Shown in pieces: positions 11,278-22,188 of a DNA stretch of 64,000 nucleotides (its first letter is position 1; each line of letters opens with the position of its first letter). The notes beneath the pieces were generated by a model. It was not told the origin of the DNA. It made no database searches and saw only the letters and a list, made by a program, of their open reading frames with translations. The stretch is from Fistulifera solaris. Its lineage: Eukaryota. The position numbers and the translations under genes are program-made. The stretch lies in the NCBI GenBank assembly GCA_030295235.1, contig AP026124.1:682001-746000 (forward strand). Direction: 5' to 3'.

Positions 11278-13371
11278 CTAAGATTCTGCTTTGTCAATCA
11301 GGTCACTCGCTTTTCGCTGAACAGTTTCCAAACGCTTGGTGCTGGGTACCCAGGCGCAGGTTCTTTACAGAAAGCCCATTATAAGACATAAAAGTAACAA
11401 CGATTGTCACTGCGAACGCATGACAGCATCACTTACTGAGCCCATGTTGTTTGAAAAGAATCCCATGTCTCGTCCGGCGGGTCCACAATCCTTATCTCGT
11501 CAGCGTTTTCCAATTCCACGTGATAATTTACCAAGGGAGCTAGCTTTCTTACCGATTTCTGCGTCATCATATAAGGAAGAAGGTCAGCATGAGAACCCGA
11601 TTCGATTCAGCGTAGGGCAGCGCACTTACCGGAACTTCATCGATGGCAGCAAGTAAAAGCTCTTCGGGAACAATTCTACCTGTTGAATGTGCTCGTTTCT
11701 GTTTTTTCATGTTAGCCGCGATTAAGTAACGCTGAAGGCAAGCACAGATGTAGACTTACAGAAGCCCGTGCTAGTACCATCTCTCTGGGAGCCGATACAT
11801 GTATGATTGCAAGTCTTACATGAGGATACGTGCCTCTTAGTTTTTCAAAGTATTCTTCATACCAAGAAGCATCCCTCAGGCTCCCATCAACCAACACGTT
11901 CTTTCCCTCTTGTAAAGCAGCAAGGGTCAAAATTTCACTTATGAGTCCGGCTTCTTTCCTGCGTATCAAGGAAACATAACTTATTTCGACGTCAAATCGT
12001 ATTCTGTACAGCAGGCTTCACATCTTACCTAGTAAGAGTGCCAGCATCTTCGGGACTCTGTTGGATGTATAGATGAAACTCCGGTAGATACCTTCGCAAC
12101 TCGTCAGGATCCACGCGAACGAAAGCAAGTAGGGGAAACAGACCTCTGTTGACCAAGTGTCGCATGGTGTAACTTTTCCCCGATCCCATTGCACCAGCGG
12201 TAAAAACGACCCACGGCTCCGTCGGAGTTGTGCATTTGTCGCCATGCTTGTCGGTAAAGTATGTCGCGTCAAGAAACTCGCTTATGATAGCATCTTGGAG
12301 CATCTGCCTTTCGAAAGTATAGTTTCGATGATAAGAATAATCCAGTGTCGCCCGAATGTGGGCGAAGCGGCCATAAAACAATCGGTCATCCGATTGATGA
12401 TTCTCTTCTGACGAACGAAGAACGGAAAATAGTCTGTGCCGCTTGAGACAGACAGTGTTGTCTCCCGACGCAAGACGTTGAACATTCGGCACTTCGACAG
12501 ATCTCTGCTGCCCAAAGACTTTTGTGAATTGTTCTCTAATCTCTTCAGTCAGAAGTAGCCGGTCAGAGTCTTTTGTAATAGAGCAATAGTAATCTACGAC
12601 AGATTTTAATTGCTCTACAAAATCCGTCAGTCCTTTGCCTACATCCGGCGTTCGTTGCGAGTCAGTCGAAAAGCCATCTGCGACTGTCGCTAAGCTCGGT
12701 GTAACATGAATAAGTCCCACATTTAAGGAGAGCGAAGACGTCCGTAGGGAGTGAATATTGTGTCTGCACGATGAGATGCTCATGCACCTGGTCATGAAAA
12801 GAACATTTCGTCCCGATTGCAAGGCTGCTAGCATCAGAGTCTCTGCAATGTAGTCACATTCCCTCTCAGTCTGACTGTCAGCCAAGTCGGGAGACTCTCG
12901 GAGGAAAAAGGCATATTCTGGAAGATATTGTCGAATCTCACCTGAGTCGATAGTAACCATCGATGGCAGCGGAAGATGATTCTTTCTGAACAGCTCTTCC
13001 ATCGAGGACATAATCTCTGCTCCAGGAGCACAAGCAACTAGAATAGCCCAAGGCTCGCACTGTAATTCAGCTTGAGAGGCGCTGTTCAGTATATCATCAA
13101 TGATCGAGTCATGGAGCCACTGTCGCTGTTTCTGATAATGCGAGTGATATGAGTAGTCCATCTTCTCCCGAATATGACCATAGGCACCGTAAAATCTTTT
13201 CTCATCATCTCGACTCCGAAAATGTTCTTCGGTCGAATCTTCCAAGCCCAACGGTTTGAATGATGAACCCGAAGATGACAGCGAAGACATTCGTTCGGAT
13301 GGCGTCGTCTCGTCGGGGGAACAGTTGATTGCTGTAATGTCGTCGGCACTTATTGCATGTTCAGGTAACAT
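11278..13371 (-). CDS. Protein with two zeta-toxin-like P-loop kinase domains (multi-exon)
   Basis: Second domain has TAGAMGSGKS, VDPDELR, NVLVDGSL and RAHSTGRIVP. Introns read at 11959-12028, ~11699-11759, ~11559-11629 and ~11363-11436. The last exon is less certain. Confidence 0.8.
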
Positions 13372-14377
13372 GCTGAAAAAAAGAAATAGATCGAATTGAA
13401 AATGTAACAATGGCGATAATCGGTTACCAGTATCGTCTATTCAACTTACGTCCCATCGTGAGAGTGAGATGAGTGTTCTACATGCCAAAAAAGAGATTAT
13501 TTTTTGTCGAGCACACTGAATTACAGTAAGGTTACGGACAATTTGAGACAAATAAATTTCGACGCTTTCGAAAGAATCTTCTGCGCTCAAATTTGAATTA
13601 GCGTTGAAATGCCACTGAAATAGTCTAACTGCATCATATAAGAGACAAACGTAACTAAATAACGAATGAAGATTGGGTAGTAGTCTGGCTTGGAAAGAAT
13701 AATGATTCATGACTGAAACCCAGTCGTGGTAAAGTTGATGCTACTCTACAAAGTACTTTGTAAGGACTATATTACCCCGGAGTACAATAATTGAGGTTGT
13801 TCGGTATCATTAAAGCTATGAGTATGAGTACATCGTCAATACAGCTGAGGCTGTTGATCTGAGATAAAGACAAACCAGAGGTCTTCAACCTTATAAAAGA
13901 ATGTTAGCCGTCTGCCTCGGAACTCGGAAGACTTTTCATTGGTGACTGAGACGTCCAATCGTGGTCTTGTAAAGTCACACTTCGGTCCATAGTAAATTGG
14001 AAGTAAACGTATTGCCACCTTTTGGACAGAAAGATTCAAAGAGCGAATAGCAAATACAGCTGGAGATATGTCTACAATAGGAAAGACAATTGAAGCTTTT
14101 CACACAAGCAGAAGAATCGAAGGTTTTAGGCAGGCCTAGCTAGGTGTCTGGTTCTGGTTTGGATATTTTGATTCGTGACTAACATTCAGTCGTGGCGACA
14201 GCCATTGCATTATTGATTGGAGAAAAATAACATACTGGTGAAACGTTCTCTCATTATGTTCATTATAATGATCATCATTACGTCGAATTATAGTTTTAAT
14301 CTTCTATTGATGATACGACTGGTAAAGCCGCTCTTAGAGTGCCGTGATTAGAGAGCTAAATCTTTGTACCGAAAATA

Positions 14378-16379
14378 ATGCCACGTATCATTGACAAAAT
14401 CGCTCGTCGTCGAGAGCAGTTTGCAGTGGAACGAGCGAGGCAACCAACGTACGACGCAGCCGAACAACAAGACAACAATTCACTCCCCTCCGGGTGGTTC
14501 TATTCCTTTGAATTTTTCCCGCCGGCGACGGAAGCAGGCCTCGACAATCTCTTGACGCGGATTGACCGCATGGCGCGGCGATTGGATCCCTTCTTCATAA
14601 ATGTCACTTGGGGTGAAAAGACAGCGACGAAGTCGTTGGCTATAGCCAGTCATGCACAAAAAGTACTTGGGGCTGGATGTTATGCTGCATTTGACAGCCG
14701 AAGGTGCCACTCGAGAGGACATTGCGCGAGCGTTGGACCAAGCCAGGGCGTCGGGAATCTGTAACATTCTTGCTCTCCGGGGAGACCCTCCGCGAGGAAA
14801 ACGTCCATGGGCTGTTGGAGACGTAACGAGCTCTGATTTTCCACGCGCCATCGATTTGGTTCGATTTATACGCCAACTCCATGGTGATTATTTCTGTGTT
14901 GCAGTGGCGGGTCATCCAGAAGGGCATTCGTCCTCTGCGACCCCCGAAGAAGAAATTGTCCATGTGAAAGAAAAAATTGATGCTGGTGCAGACATGGTGT
15001 TGACACAACTGTTTTACGACACGGAACTTTTTCTTGATTTTTGTCAGGCGATGCCGTGCGGCAGGGATTTCTTGTCCCATCATTCCTGGCATTATGCCGA
15101 TACAGTCGTACACCAGCTTTGTAAAACTGACAGAATACTGCCGAATATCTGTTGAGAACGATGTGTGGAAGGAAATTGAGGCAATCAAGGGAGATGACGA
15201 GGCGGTGAAAGAGTTCGGGTGCCAGCTTGCTGCAAAGATGTGCCGTCGCATCCTTCAAGCATCACGAACATATTCTGAATTAGGCCATTTGGATGGGATC
15301 CATTTTTACACGATGAACCTAGAGCGGAGCGTTTCGAACATTTTGGTGGCAATGGAAGCCGTAACTTTTGTTCGAAATGCGAACAACACTATGCAGCCGT
15401 CGGCGAGGCGTGTTTTCCCTTGGAGGCCGTCCGCAATCGATAAGCGTGAACAGAATGAACAAGTTAGACCAATTAATTGGGCCAACCGTCCCAAAAGCTA
15501 TATGATCCGAACCGAGGATTGGGATGAGTTTCCCAATGGTCGATGGGGCGATTCGACTTCGCCTGCCTTTGGTGAGCTATCCAGCGTTTCTCATTTTTTC
15601 TCGTTTTCGCTCGGAAGTGAGCACGATCAACGAGTCACGTTAGGCGAAAATCCAACAAGCCCTCGGGATGTTTTTTGAAGTGTTTGCGCAATACGTCGAA
15701 GGTCGAATACCCAGCATTCCTTGGTGTGAAACGCAATTGCAACCGGAATCATTTTTCATTCAGTCTGCCTTGGTGATGCTGAATCGTGCAGGATATTTAA
15801 CGATCAACAGTCAACCATCCGTAAATGGCATTGCCAGTACGGATCCTACTTTTGGTTGGGGAGGAAAAGGAGGTTTAGTTTATCAAAAGGCTTACTGTGA
15901 GTGCTTTTGCAGTCCTGAACATGTTCAAAAGCTTGTGGCCCTCACACAAGACAGCGATTCGATTCAATTATATGCCGTAAACTGCGCCGGTAAGGAGATT
16001 CGAGAAGGTAGAAAGCCTGGCGGAATTACAGCTCTCACATGGGGTGGTATGTCGACTTATTGTGTTATTCTCGTTCGAACGATGAATCATCTCTTCTTCT
16101 AACATCAAAGTCTTGTCGCTGGCCTTTTCCTAAGTCTTCCCAAACCGCGAGATTCTCCAGCCGACGATTTTCGATCCTACCACTTTTCTTGTTTGGGCGG
16201 AGGAAGCCTTTTCCTTATGGACCACCATGTGGTTAACGCTGTACGATTATGAAAGCGAGTCATACGCGCTAATAGAGAACATTCGTGATACTTTCTTTCT
16301 CTGTGCGATCATCGATAACGATTTCACAGTAAAAGAAGGCGAGAACACTTTATGGAAGAAAATGGAAAGTATTCTATAA
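14378..16379 (+). CDS. MTHFR: Methylenetetrahydrofolate reductase, eukaryotic type with C-terminal regulatory domain
   Basis: YSFEFFPP, NILALRGDPP, VAGHPEGH, TQLFYD, IIPGIMPI, RPINWANRPKSY, WDEFPNGRWGDS, TINSQP, YQKAY, LTWGVFPNREILQPT. Intron ~16048-16134 and three homopolymer frameshifts. Confidence 0.96.
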
Positions 16380-16435
16380 AGTTACTATTTCTTTTGCGCC
16401 TTCAGTTACAAGTGTTGTGGTACAATCGAGCACCC

Positions 16436-16753
16436 TCAAAGCTCTAGCAGCGGGAGAAGAAGATTCGTTGGGATGGGTGACGGTAGATCATGACAAAATT
16501 TTAGAGTAGGACGAGGAGCTGGGGGGCACTGGAGGACGCGCTTTTTATGTTGGATGGGAGTACATGGTTCAAAGTCTTTCCGCTCGCGTTTTCGGTAAGG
16601 ACGATGAACGTTAAGGGTCGCTTTCGATTCCTCGACAGGAATCTCCGATTGGTTGCTTTTATTTGGTGGAACCGTGACTTTGTAGAGCTGGGGTAATTCA
16701 CTTGGTCGCAAACGCATGGGAGAAATGCGAGCGATGTTGGTTGCCTTGCACAT
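16436..16753 (-). CDS. Small hypothetical protein with CTP...CPPAPRP motif
   Basis: 105 codons from ATG 16753; the frame is open further upstream. Pro/basic-rich. Confidence 0.55.
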   Translation of the reverse strand: MCKATNIARISPMRLRPSELPQLYKVTVPPNKSNQSEIPVEESKATLNVHRPYRKRERKDFEPCTPIQHKKRVLQCPPAPRPTLKFCHDLPSPIPTNLLLPLLEL

Positions 16754-17269
16754 GATTTTGTGACGAACGTAGAAAACTCTCAAACACTTCCGGATCGGTA
16801 AAGACGGAAGAACCGAGTTGACTTGTGTTGATGATGATATTATGGACCAAATGTTGGCCGTGGAATGGACGCCTTTTCGACGAGCGACAGGATTGTTCGC
16901 ATTTTTCTGTTCGAGTTCGTGTTTTGTGACTTGAAAAGATTCGAATGCCGGCATGCGCGCAGCAAGGCGCGCATAGCCGCCAAAAATTCTGCTTTCAAAC
17001 TCATTCTCTACTGTACCACATTTTCTGGATCGAATGAGAACAGCTGGCGGGCGATTTATTTAACGGCTTCGTTTCCAGTATACCAAGTAGTATGATATGA
17101 AGTCTTGGTACTTCAGTTGCATTTCAAATTATATAACCGGGTTTCTTTTACTTGATGTTCGATGGCCGCCTTTCATATTCGACGGCACGAAACAACGTCA
17201 ACATTCGTCACACTTGAGGTCAACATTAATGAATAAGATCAACCTTCATTGCTGTTAATTATATTCACG

Positions 17270-18310
17270 ATGGACCCTAGTCAAGTCTGGATTTATCACG
17301 AACGTCAGCGTGCATTATTGTGCGGTCAGCATGCACTGAATAATCTTGCTCAAAATAATGTGTTCTCAGCTGGAGAGCTCGCTGACATTGCTCACGAACT
17401 TGATCGATTAGAGATGGATGTTTGGGCTCAAAACAATGAGGGAGGAGTCAATTCGAAGGAGTTTCAGCAGCGGCTGATAGAAGGTAGCAGCAATGTCGAC
17501 GCTCAAGGAAATTTCAGTATCGAGGTTCTCAAAGAAGCTTTGCAGCGACGCTACGGAATCCGACTGCCTCACTTATCGGCGCAAGACTTGCTGTCTGGCA
17601 GGGATATTACTGATATGCAGGGATTTTTATGTCACAAATCAGATCATTGGTTCGCGATTCGTCTCATTGGTGACAGATTCTGGAATTTGAATAGTATGCT
17701 CGAAATACCTGTCGTTATCAGTCACTTCAAGCTCGCGACCGAAATGAGTAAATGGAAAAACGAAGGCTACACAATCTTTTGCGTCCCTTCGGGACTACCA
17801 ACTGCTGGTGTAAAGCTGGGAAATGATGCGGCTTGGCATTGTATGGCTGATCTCTTGCAAGGTAGAGCCACAAGTAACGCGTCGCGAAAAAATGCTTGGG
17901 AGAATGTTGGGTCAGGGATGCGTCTTGATGGACAAGTAACAAGCAGATCTATCGAAGATTTAACGGAAGAAGAGCAATTACAGCTTGCATTAGCAGATAG
18001 TTTGAATCCTACGATGCTGAATCCAGTCAGTAGGGAAACTCAATCGCTTCCAGTGCCAGAGGAGCCTCCAGCAGGTACACCTGGAGTTGCACGCATTCAG
18101 TTTCGGCTACCGGATGGAAAGCGTGTCGTACGGCGCTTCAATGCAACAGACTCAGTTGCCTGTGTTTATGCGTTTGTCGAGAAGGAGTGCGGGGGACGCG
18201 CCGTTGATTTAAAAAGTGGTTTTCCTCCGAAGGATCTTGCAAGCTTGCTGACTTCAAACATCGCGGATGCCAATCTCGCTGGTGAAAATATTCAAGCATC
18301 GATGAAATAA
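17270..18310 (+). CDS. ATXN3: Ataxin-3-like Josephin deubiquitinase with UIM and UBX domain
   Basis: IYHERQ..LCGQHALNNL, GNFSIEVL, HWFAIR, WNLNS catalytic motifs. UIM TEEEQLQLALADS. UBX RIQFRLPDG..RRF..GFPPK. Confidence 0.93.
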   Translation: MDPSQVWIYHERQRALLCGQHALNNLAQNNVFSAGELADIAHELDRLEMDVWAQNNEGGVNSKEFQQRLIEGSSNVDAQGNFSIEVLKEALQRRYGIRLPHLSAQDLLSGRDITDMQGFLCHKSDHWFAIRLIGDRFWNLNSMLEIPVVISHFKLATEMSKWKNEGYTIFCVPSGLPTAGVKLGNDAAWHCMADLLQGRATSNASRKNAWENVGSGMRLDGQVTSRSIEDLTEEEQLQLALADSLNPTMLNPVSRETQSLPVPEEPPAGTPGVARIQFRLPDGKRVVRRFNATDSVACVYAFVEKECGGRAVDLKSGFPPKDLASLLTSNIADANLAGENIQASMK

Positions 18311-18393
18311 TAAATAGGACAGTACTTGTGATATGTGAGACCGTGTGTATAAAAGTCATAATTTATAAAGCGAAGCGGGGTCACGCGGATTAA

Positions 18394-21300
18394 CTAAACG
18401 TTCTGAATTTCTTGTGCTGCCCGCTCAGAGACAGCGGAACCAAATGTGATTGATTCTTCCTCGCCGTCGTCTCGGCCATTGGTTGTGCGAATGCGTGCCA
18501 TGGTACTTTTTCGGAATTGATTCATTCTTGCAAAAGTCTGCTGACCGGATACTTGAGCTGTAGCCCCTTGTTGTTGGCCTCCAAAGCGAGCAAACGGATT
18601 CCGCTTCAACACCGCTGGAACGCTCGGGGTACCCTTAGACTCCGTTTTCGTTCCTGGATTGCTGGGAGTAGAAGCCTTACTCACGGAGTTAATACTTGTC
18701 TTGACGGAATTATTAAGAGCCGCACTCAATCCTTTAAAAGGATTGGACCTTTGGACGTCTTTTGCCTCATTTGGAGCGACAGGTGCAGAGAACTCCGAAT
18801 CTTGTTGCTTTTTGGTGGGAATCGCCGTGTCACCATCCGATTTGGGGTTCTCTGTAGCCTCATCGGAACGATTGGGTGCCTTTGTACGACCGGCGAATGG
18901 ATTGAGGAAGGTGATACGATTCGTATCTTCCCACTGTCCATCCGGTTGGCGTTCTCTCGGGCGGAAAAGTTGCGGCATACGGAAATTACTTTCTTTCTTC
19001 TCCATATCGGCCGCAATGTTCTCCAACTGTTGCGCACGCTTTGTCATTGCCACCAACGAACTTTCTAGCAGGTTTCCAAAGACACGCTGAGCCTTTTCTG
19101 AGGCCGTCTCATTGTGCATTTTCTCCATCTGTCCGAACAAAGACGACTCGGGGTTGTAGTCTACGAGAACACTAGATGCTGACAAATGATGAGCTGGTCC
19201 TTCTCGAATGAGCCACGAGTGTGCGGCTGCAAAACCTCCTTCCATGATCGAAACGAATGGAAACCCCTTCTTGATGAAAAATAAAGCGCAAAGGTTCGTT
19301 CTCGAGTCATCTCCGCTAATAAGGTCAATCAAGTTCTGCGTACTCTTTTGTGAATAAAGAGTAGGCAATGCCGAGAATCCTTCTCCCATGATAACGATGT
19401 GAACAGCGCCGCGAAGCGACTCAAACATCTCTTCGTTCATTTTGATTCTCTCAGGGTCCAAAAGTGCTTCAGGACTTAAGCTGACAGCTGTTGGGAATCT
19501 CCCTTGTTCCGTGGCGGCTTCATCCGAGCGAGCATCGATAATATAATATTTTAAAGACTTGCGAGAGGAGAGCAATCCCCTTCTTCGTGCCGATCCTCGT
19601 GTTGACGAAGCATCTTTGCTCCAGCACACTGCTGGTAGTACCTCACCCGGAGAGACAGTGACGGTAACTTGATTGTTCCAAGAATCACTGTCGGACGATT
19701 GTCCTTCTTTGTCAGGGGCGACTTTCCGACGATTACCCAATCCCCGATTCATAGCAGCAAGTAATTTAGAGGTACCCCGCAAAGGATTTTCGCTAGCCTT
19801 TGCAGTAGGCGTTTGCCCATTTAAGCCCACCGAACTTGCTATGGCTGGATTGAACCCTTCCCCGTATTTCAAAAGCAGTTTCGAGTTCAGAATATCTAAT
19901 CGCCCGTCGTATGTCTTCATTATCTCATCAATGTTGCTCTCTTTATCCGGCGCGTGAACTCGGTAGAAAGCCACCAAACGCGCTCTGTTTAATCTTTCAC
20001 GTGCGGCATTGGCATTTTCCTCCTGAGCTTTCTGGTGAGCCTCGGCCTCTGCTTTCAGTCTTGCTTCCAGAGCAGCTTCTGCGCGTTCTCGACGAAGATC
20101 CAAAGCCTGCATGAGCGCCTTGTCCACTGACATATTCAGAGTAGAGATAACAGATTCGGGGGTACGGCTTTGTAAAGATTCAGCCTGATCCCACCATTCC
20201 GCCACCTGACATCGTATATCTTTGTCGCCGCTGCCTTTGTGAGAAGCAGAGGAAAGAAAAGACTGAAACTCATTTGCTAGTGCATCATCCGTCAGCAACA
20301 AAAGATCATCCGAAATATCTTGGAGCAAAGCCAACGCCAAGAAGAAATGAACATCTTTCGATTCAAGTAGAAACGTCTTGTCCCAGATATTCAAAACGCT
20401 TTCCACGGGGAACGAATCGTTTTCGTTACTTTGTGGCGATGCCGCGCCAGCCCACATTGTCAAAAGCCATGACCCCGGAAGCTTGCCTTGCTGCTGCAGA
20501 TTACGACTAATGACGGTTGCCGATTGTGTTCCCGCTTTCGTCTCGTCAGATGGTCCCAAAAGGCTTTCCAGGCTAGGCCAGTACCAACCTGGCAGGTAGC
20601 GATCCAAATGAAACACGAGAAGCGGCAAATGATAAGTGGCCAAGGCATAAAAATCCGTGTGTAAAAGTAACGCCGCCTCCCATCTTTCATTAGATTTCAA
20701 CGCCAAAAGAGGCAAATGACTAGCGAGAACCTTGGAAAGAGCCACACTCACGGCCGCTGCGGGCATTCCAGTCGACAACAGTATTGCTGCTGTCGCAGGG
20801 ACTAACGAATCGTCTGTCGATTCGGCAATTGCACTATCCGCATTCTTTGCGGAGTCTTCTTCGTTGGGTGAAGGCATCGCGATTGTGTCTTTGAAATAAT
20901 ACATCAATAATTTGGTCAGGTCTTCTCTGCACTCGTCGGATGACCGTCTCGATTCTTGCGACACGACGGGCGCCCAACGAGTGGCCAGTTCTGTAATCCA
21001 TGCCGGTCGTTGTGACACCTCTGGTAATTCCCATTTCTGAAACGAATCGGCTAAACTGGTCGCCAAGGTATCCTCCAGTGACTTGGAACAGAGCATTCGA
21101 CAGTAGAGTTCGGGTCGCAGTTTCGGGTCAATCGTTTGTGTTTGCGCGCGGTATAATTCACGAATTTGCTGCGGTGTCGATTCGCTGGACTCCAGCGCTT
21201 CTTGAAAGGTTGCAAAAGTGGGAGGAAGATCGACGACTGTCGCCGCTTCTAGCAAAAGCGACGGGGGCTCGGTGGCCGCGTCTTGCGTCGATGCTTCCGA

Positions 21301-21504
21301 CACCTTGGTATCCCCTGGAGGCGTAACTGCGGATAATTCCGCTTCCTCATTTTTCTTCGAAGTAGCTGCTTCTAGAAGACTATCAGATATTTGAGTAGAT
21401 TGACCTTCATTGTCATCTAACCAGTTCAAAATGTCTTGTGTTTCCTGATCTAAGTTCACAGCCGTGTTCCCTGTCCCCACGGCGGCACTCTCATTCGCAA
21501 TCAT
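18394..21504 (-). CDS. TBC (Rab-GAP-like) plus rhodanese-like domain protein, TBC1D23-like
   Basis: Intact 1036-aa ORF. LATYHLPLLVFHLD, WLLTMWAG, VLNIWD, FFLALALL, then YYIIDARS...GRFPTA...FFIKKGFPFVSIMEGGF. Confidence 0.8.
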   Translation of the reverse strand: MIANESAAVGTGNTAVNLDQETQDILNWLDDNEGQSTQISDSLLEAATSKKNEEAELSAVTPPGDTKVSEASTQDAATEPPSLLLEAATVVDLPPTFATFQEALESSESTPQQIRELYRAQTQTIDPKLRPELYCRMLCSKSLEDTLATSLADSFQKWELPEVSQRPAWITELATRWAPVVSQESRRSSDECREDLTKLLMYYFKDTIAMPSPNEEDSAKNADSAIAESTDDSLVPATAAILLSTGMPAAAVSVALSKVLASHLPLLALKSNERWEAALLLHTDFYALATYHLPLLVFHLDRYLPGWYWPSLESLLGPSDETKAGTQSATVISRNLQQQGKLPGSWLLTMWAGAASPQSNENDSFPVESVLNIWDKTFLLESKDVHFFLALALLQDISDDLLLLTDDALANEFQSFLSSASHKGSGDKDIRCQVAEWWDQAESLQSRTPESVISTLNMSVDKALMQALDLRRERAEAALEARLKAEAEAHQKAQEENANAARERLNRARLVAFYRVHAPDKESNIDEIMKTYDGRLDILNSKLLLKYGEGFNPAIASSVGLNGQTPTAKASENPLRGTSKLLAAMNRGLGNRRKVAPDKEGQSSDSDSWNNQVTVTVSPGEVLPAVCWSKDASSTRGSARRRGLLSSRKSLKYYIIDARSDEAATEQGRFPTAVSLSPEALLDPERIKMNEEMFESLRGAVHIVIMGEGFSALPTLYSQKSTQNLIDLISGDDSRTNLCALFFIKKGFPFVSIMEGGFAAAHSWLIREGPAHHLSASSVLVDYNPESSLFGQMEKMHNETASEKAQRVFGNLLESSLVAMTKRAQQLENIAADMEKKESNFRMPQLFRPRERQPDGQWEDTNRITFLNPFAGRTKAPNRSDEATENPKSDGDTAIPTKKQQDSEFSAPVAPNEAKDVQRSNPFKGLSAALNNSVKTSINSVSKASTPSNPGTKTESKGTPSVPAVLKRNPFARFGGQQQGATAQVSGQQTFARMNQFRKSTMARIRTTNGRDDGEEESITFGSAVSERAAQEIQNV

Positions 21505-22188
21505 TTCTAAAAGGGAGTCATCTGTCCCGGTCCTTTCTCGCGTAGAAGATAAAGCGGTCGAATGGGGAATTACATCCGAAACAGTCTCCGCGGAAAGGAG
21601 AACAAATCCGCCATGTCGTCATCGTCAACGTCCATGGTGACGTGTTATTTGCAATGAAAAGGCGGATCCGTGCAGACAAATAAATGTAAGAATGTATTTA
21701 TTTGCAATCTGTAAATCGCTTGCAAAAGATTTTTTGTTGTAATTGAGCGCCTTTTTTTGAATCACTCTTTTCACTTTGTTGCGATTCTCAAGTAGGAACG
21801 ACTTGAAAACAAATAAACGCTCCACGCCGCCATTGACACAACGGGTGGAGTATTTTTTTCGCCCACCTGGAACGTTTTTACAAGAGCGAGATACCTGATA
21901 GCGTGGTCTACAAAATGGACGAGTGACTTTTTATGTCGCATCCTTTCCGTTCCTTCAAGTCTGAGTGAGGATATTGCGTCACACCACAACCAGTGCGATT
22001 TCGCCTTATTTTTTCGCATGACCCGCGTCTGCGTAATGATCGTTTCACGTTTCACGTGTATTGATGCGATGTAAAACCAACGAATGACCCTAGAGCTTGG
22101 CTAGGAGTCCTTGCATCATCACTAACCAATTCTATCATCCTCTCTCGCAAAAAGTCTATCAAAGCCGACAAGAATTCGAGCTGTAAAA

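Noticed and set aside
11139..11280. Coding overlap between the zeta-like gene and cactin
   Set aside because: The last exon frame stops at TAG 11278-11280, before reaching cactin.
11278..13371. Bacterial epsilon-zeta toxin-antitoxin operon or contamination
   Set aside because: The gene has spliceosomal introns, no adjacent antitoxin ORF, and eukaryotic neighbours.
14378..16379. Pseudogene calls for MTHFR and other frameshifted genes
   Set aside because: Breaks are single indels in homopolymers with intact motifs and no accumulated stops, consistent with sequencing error.
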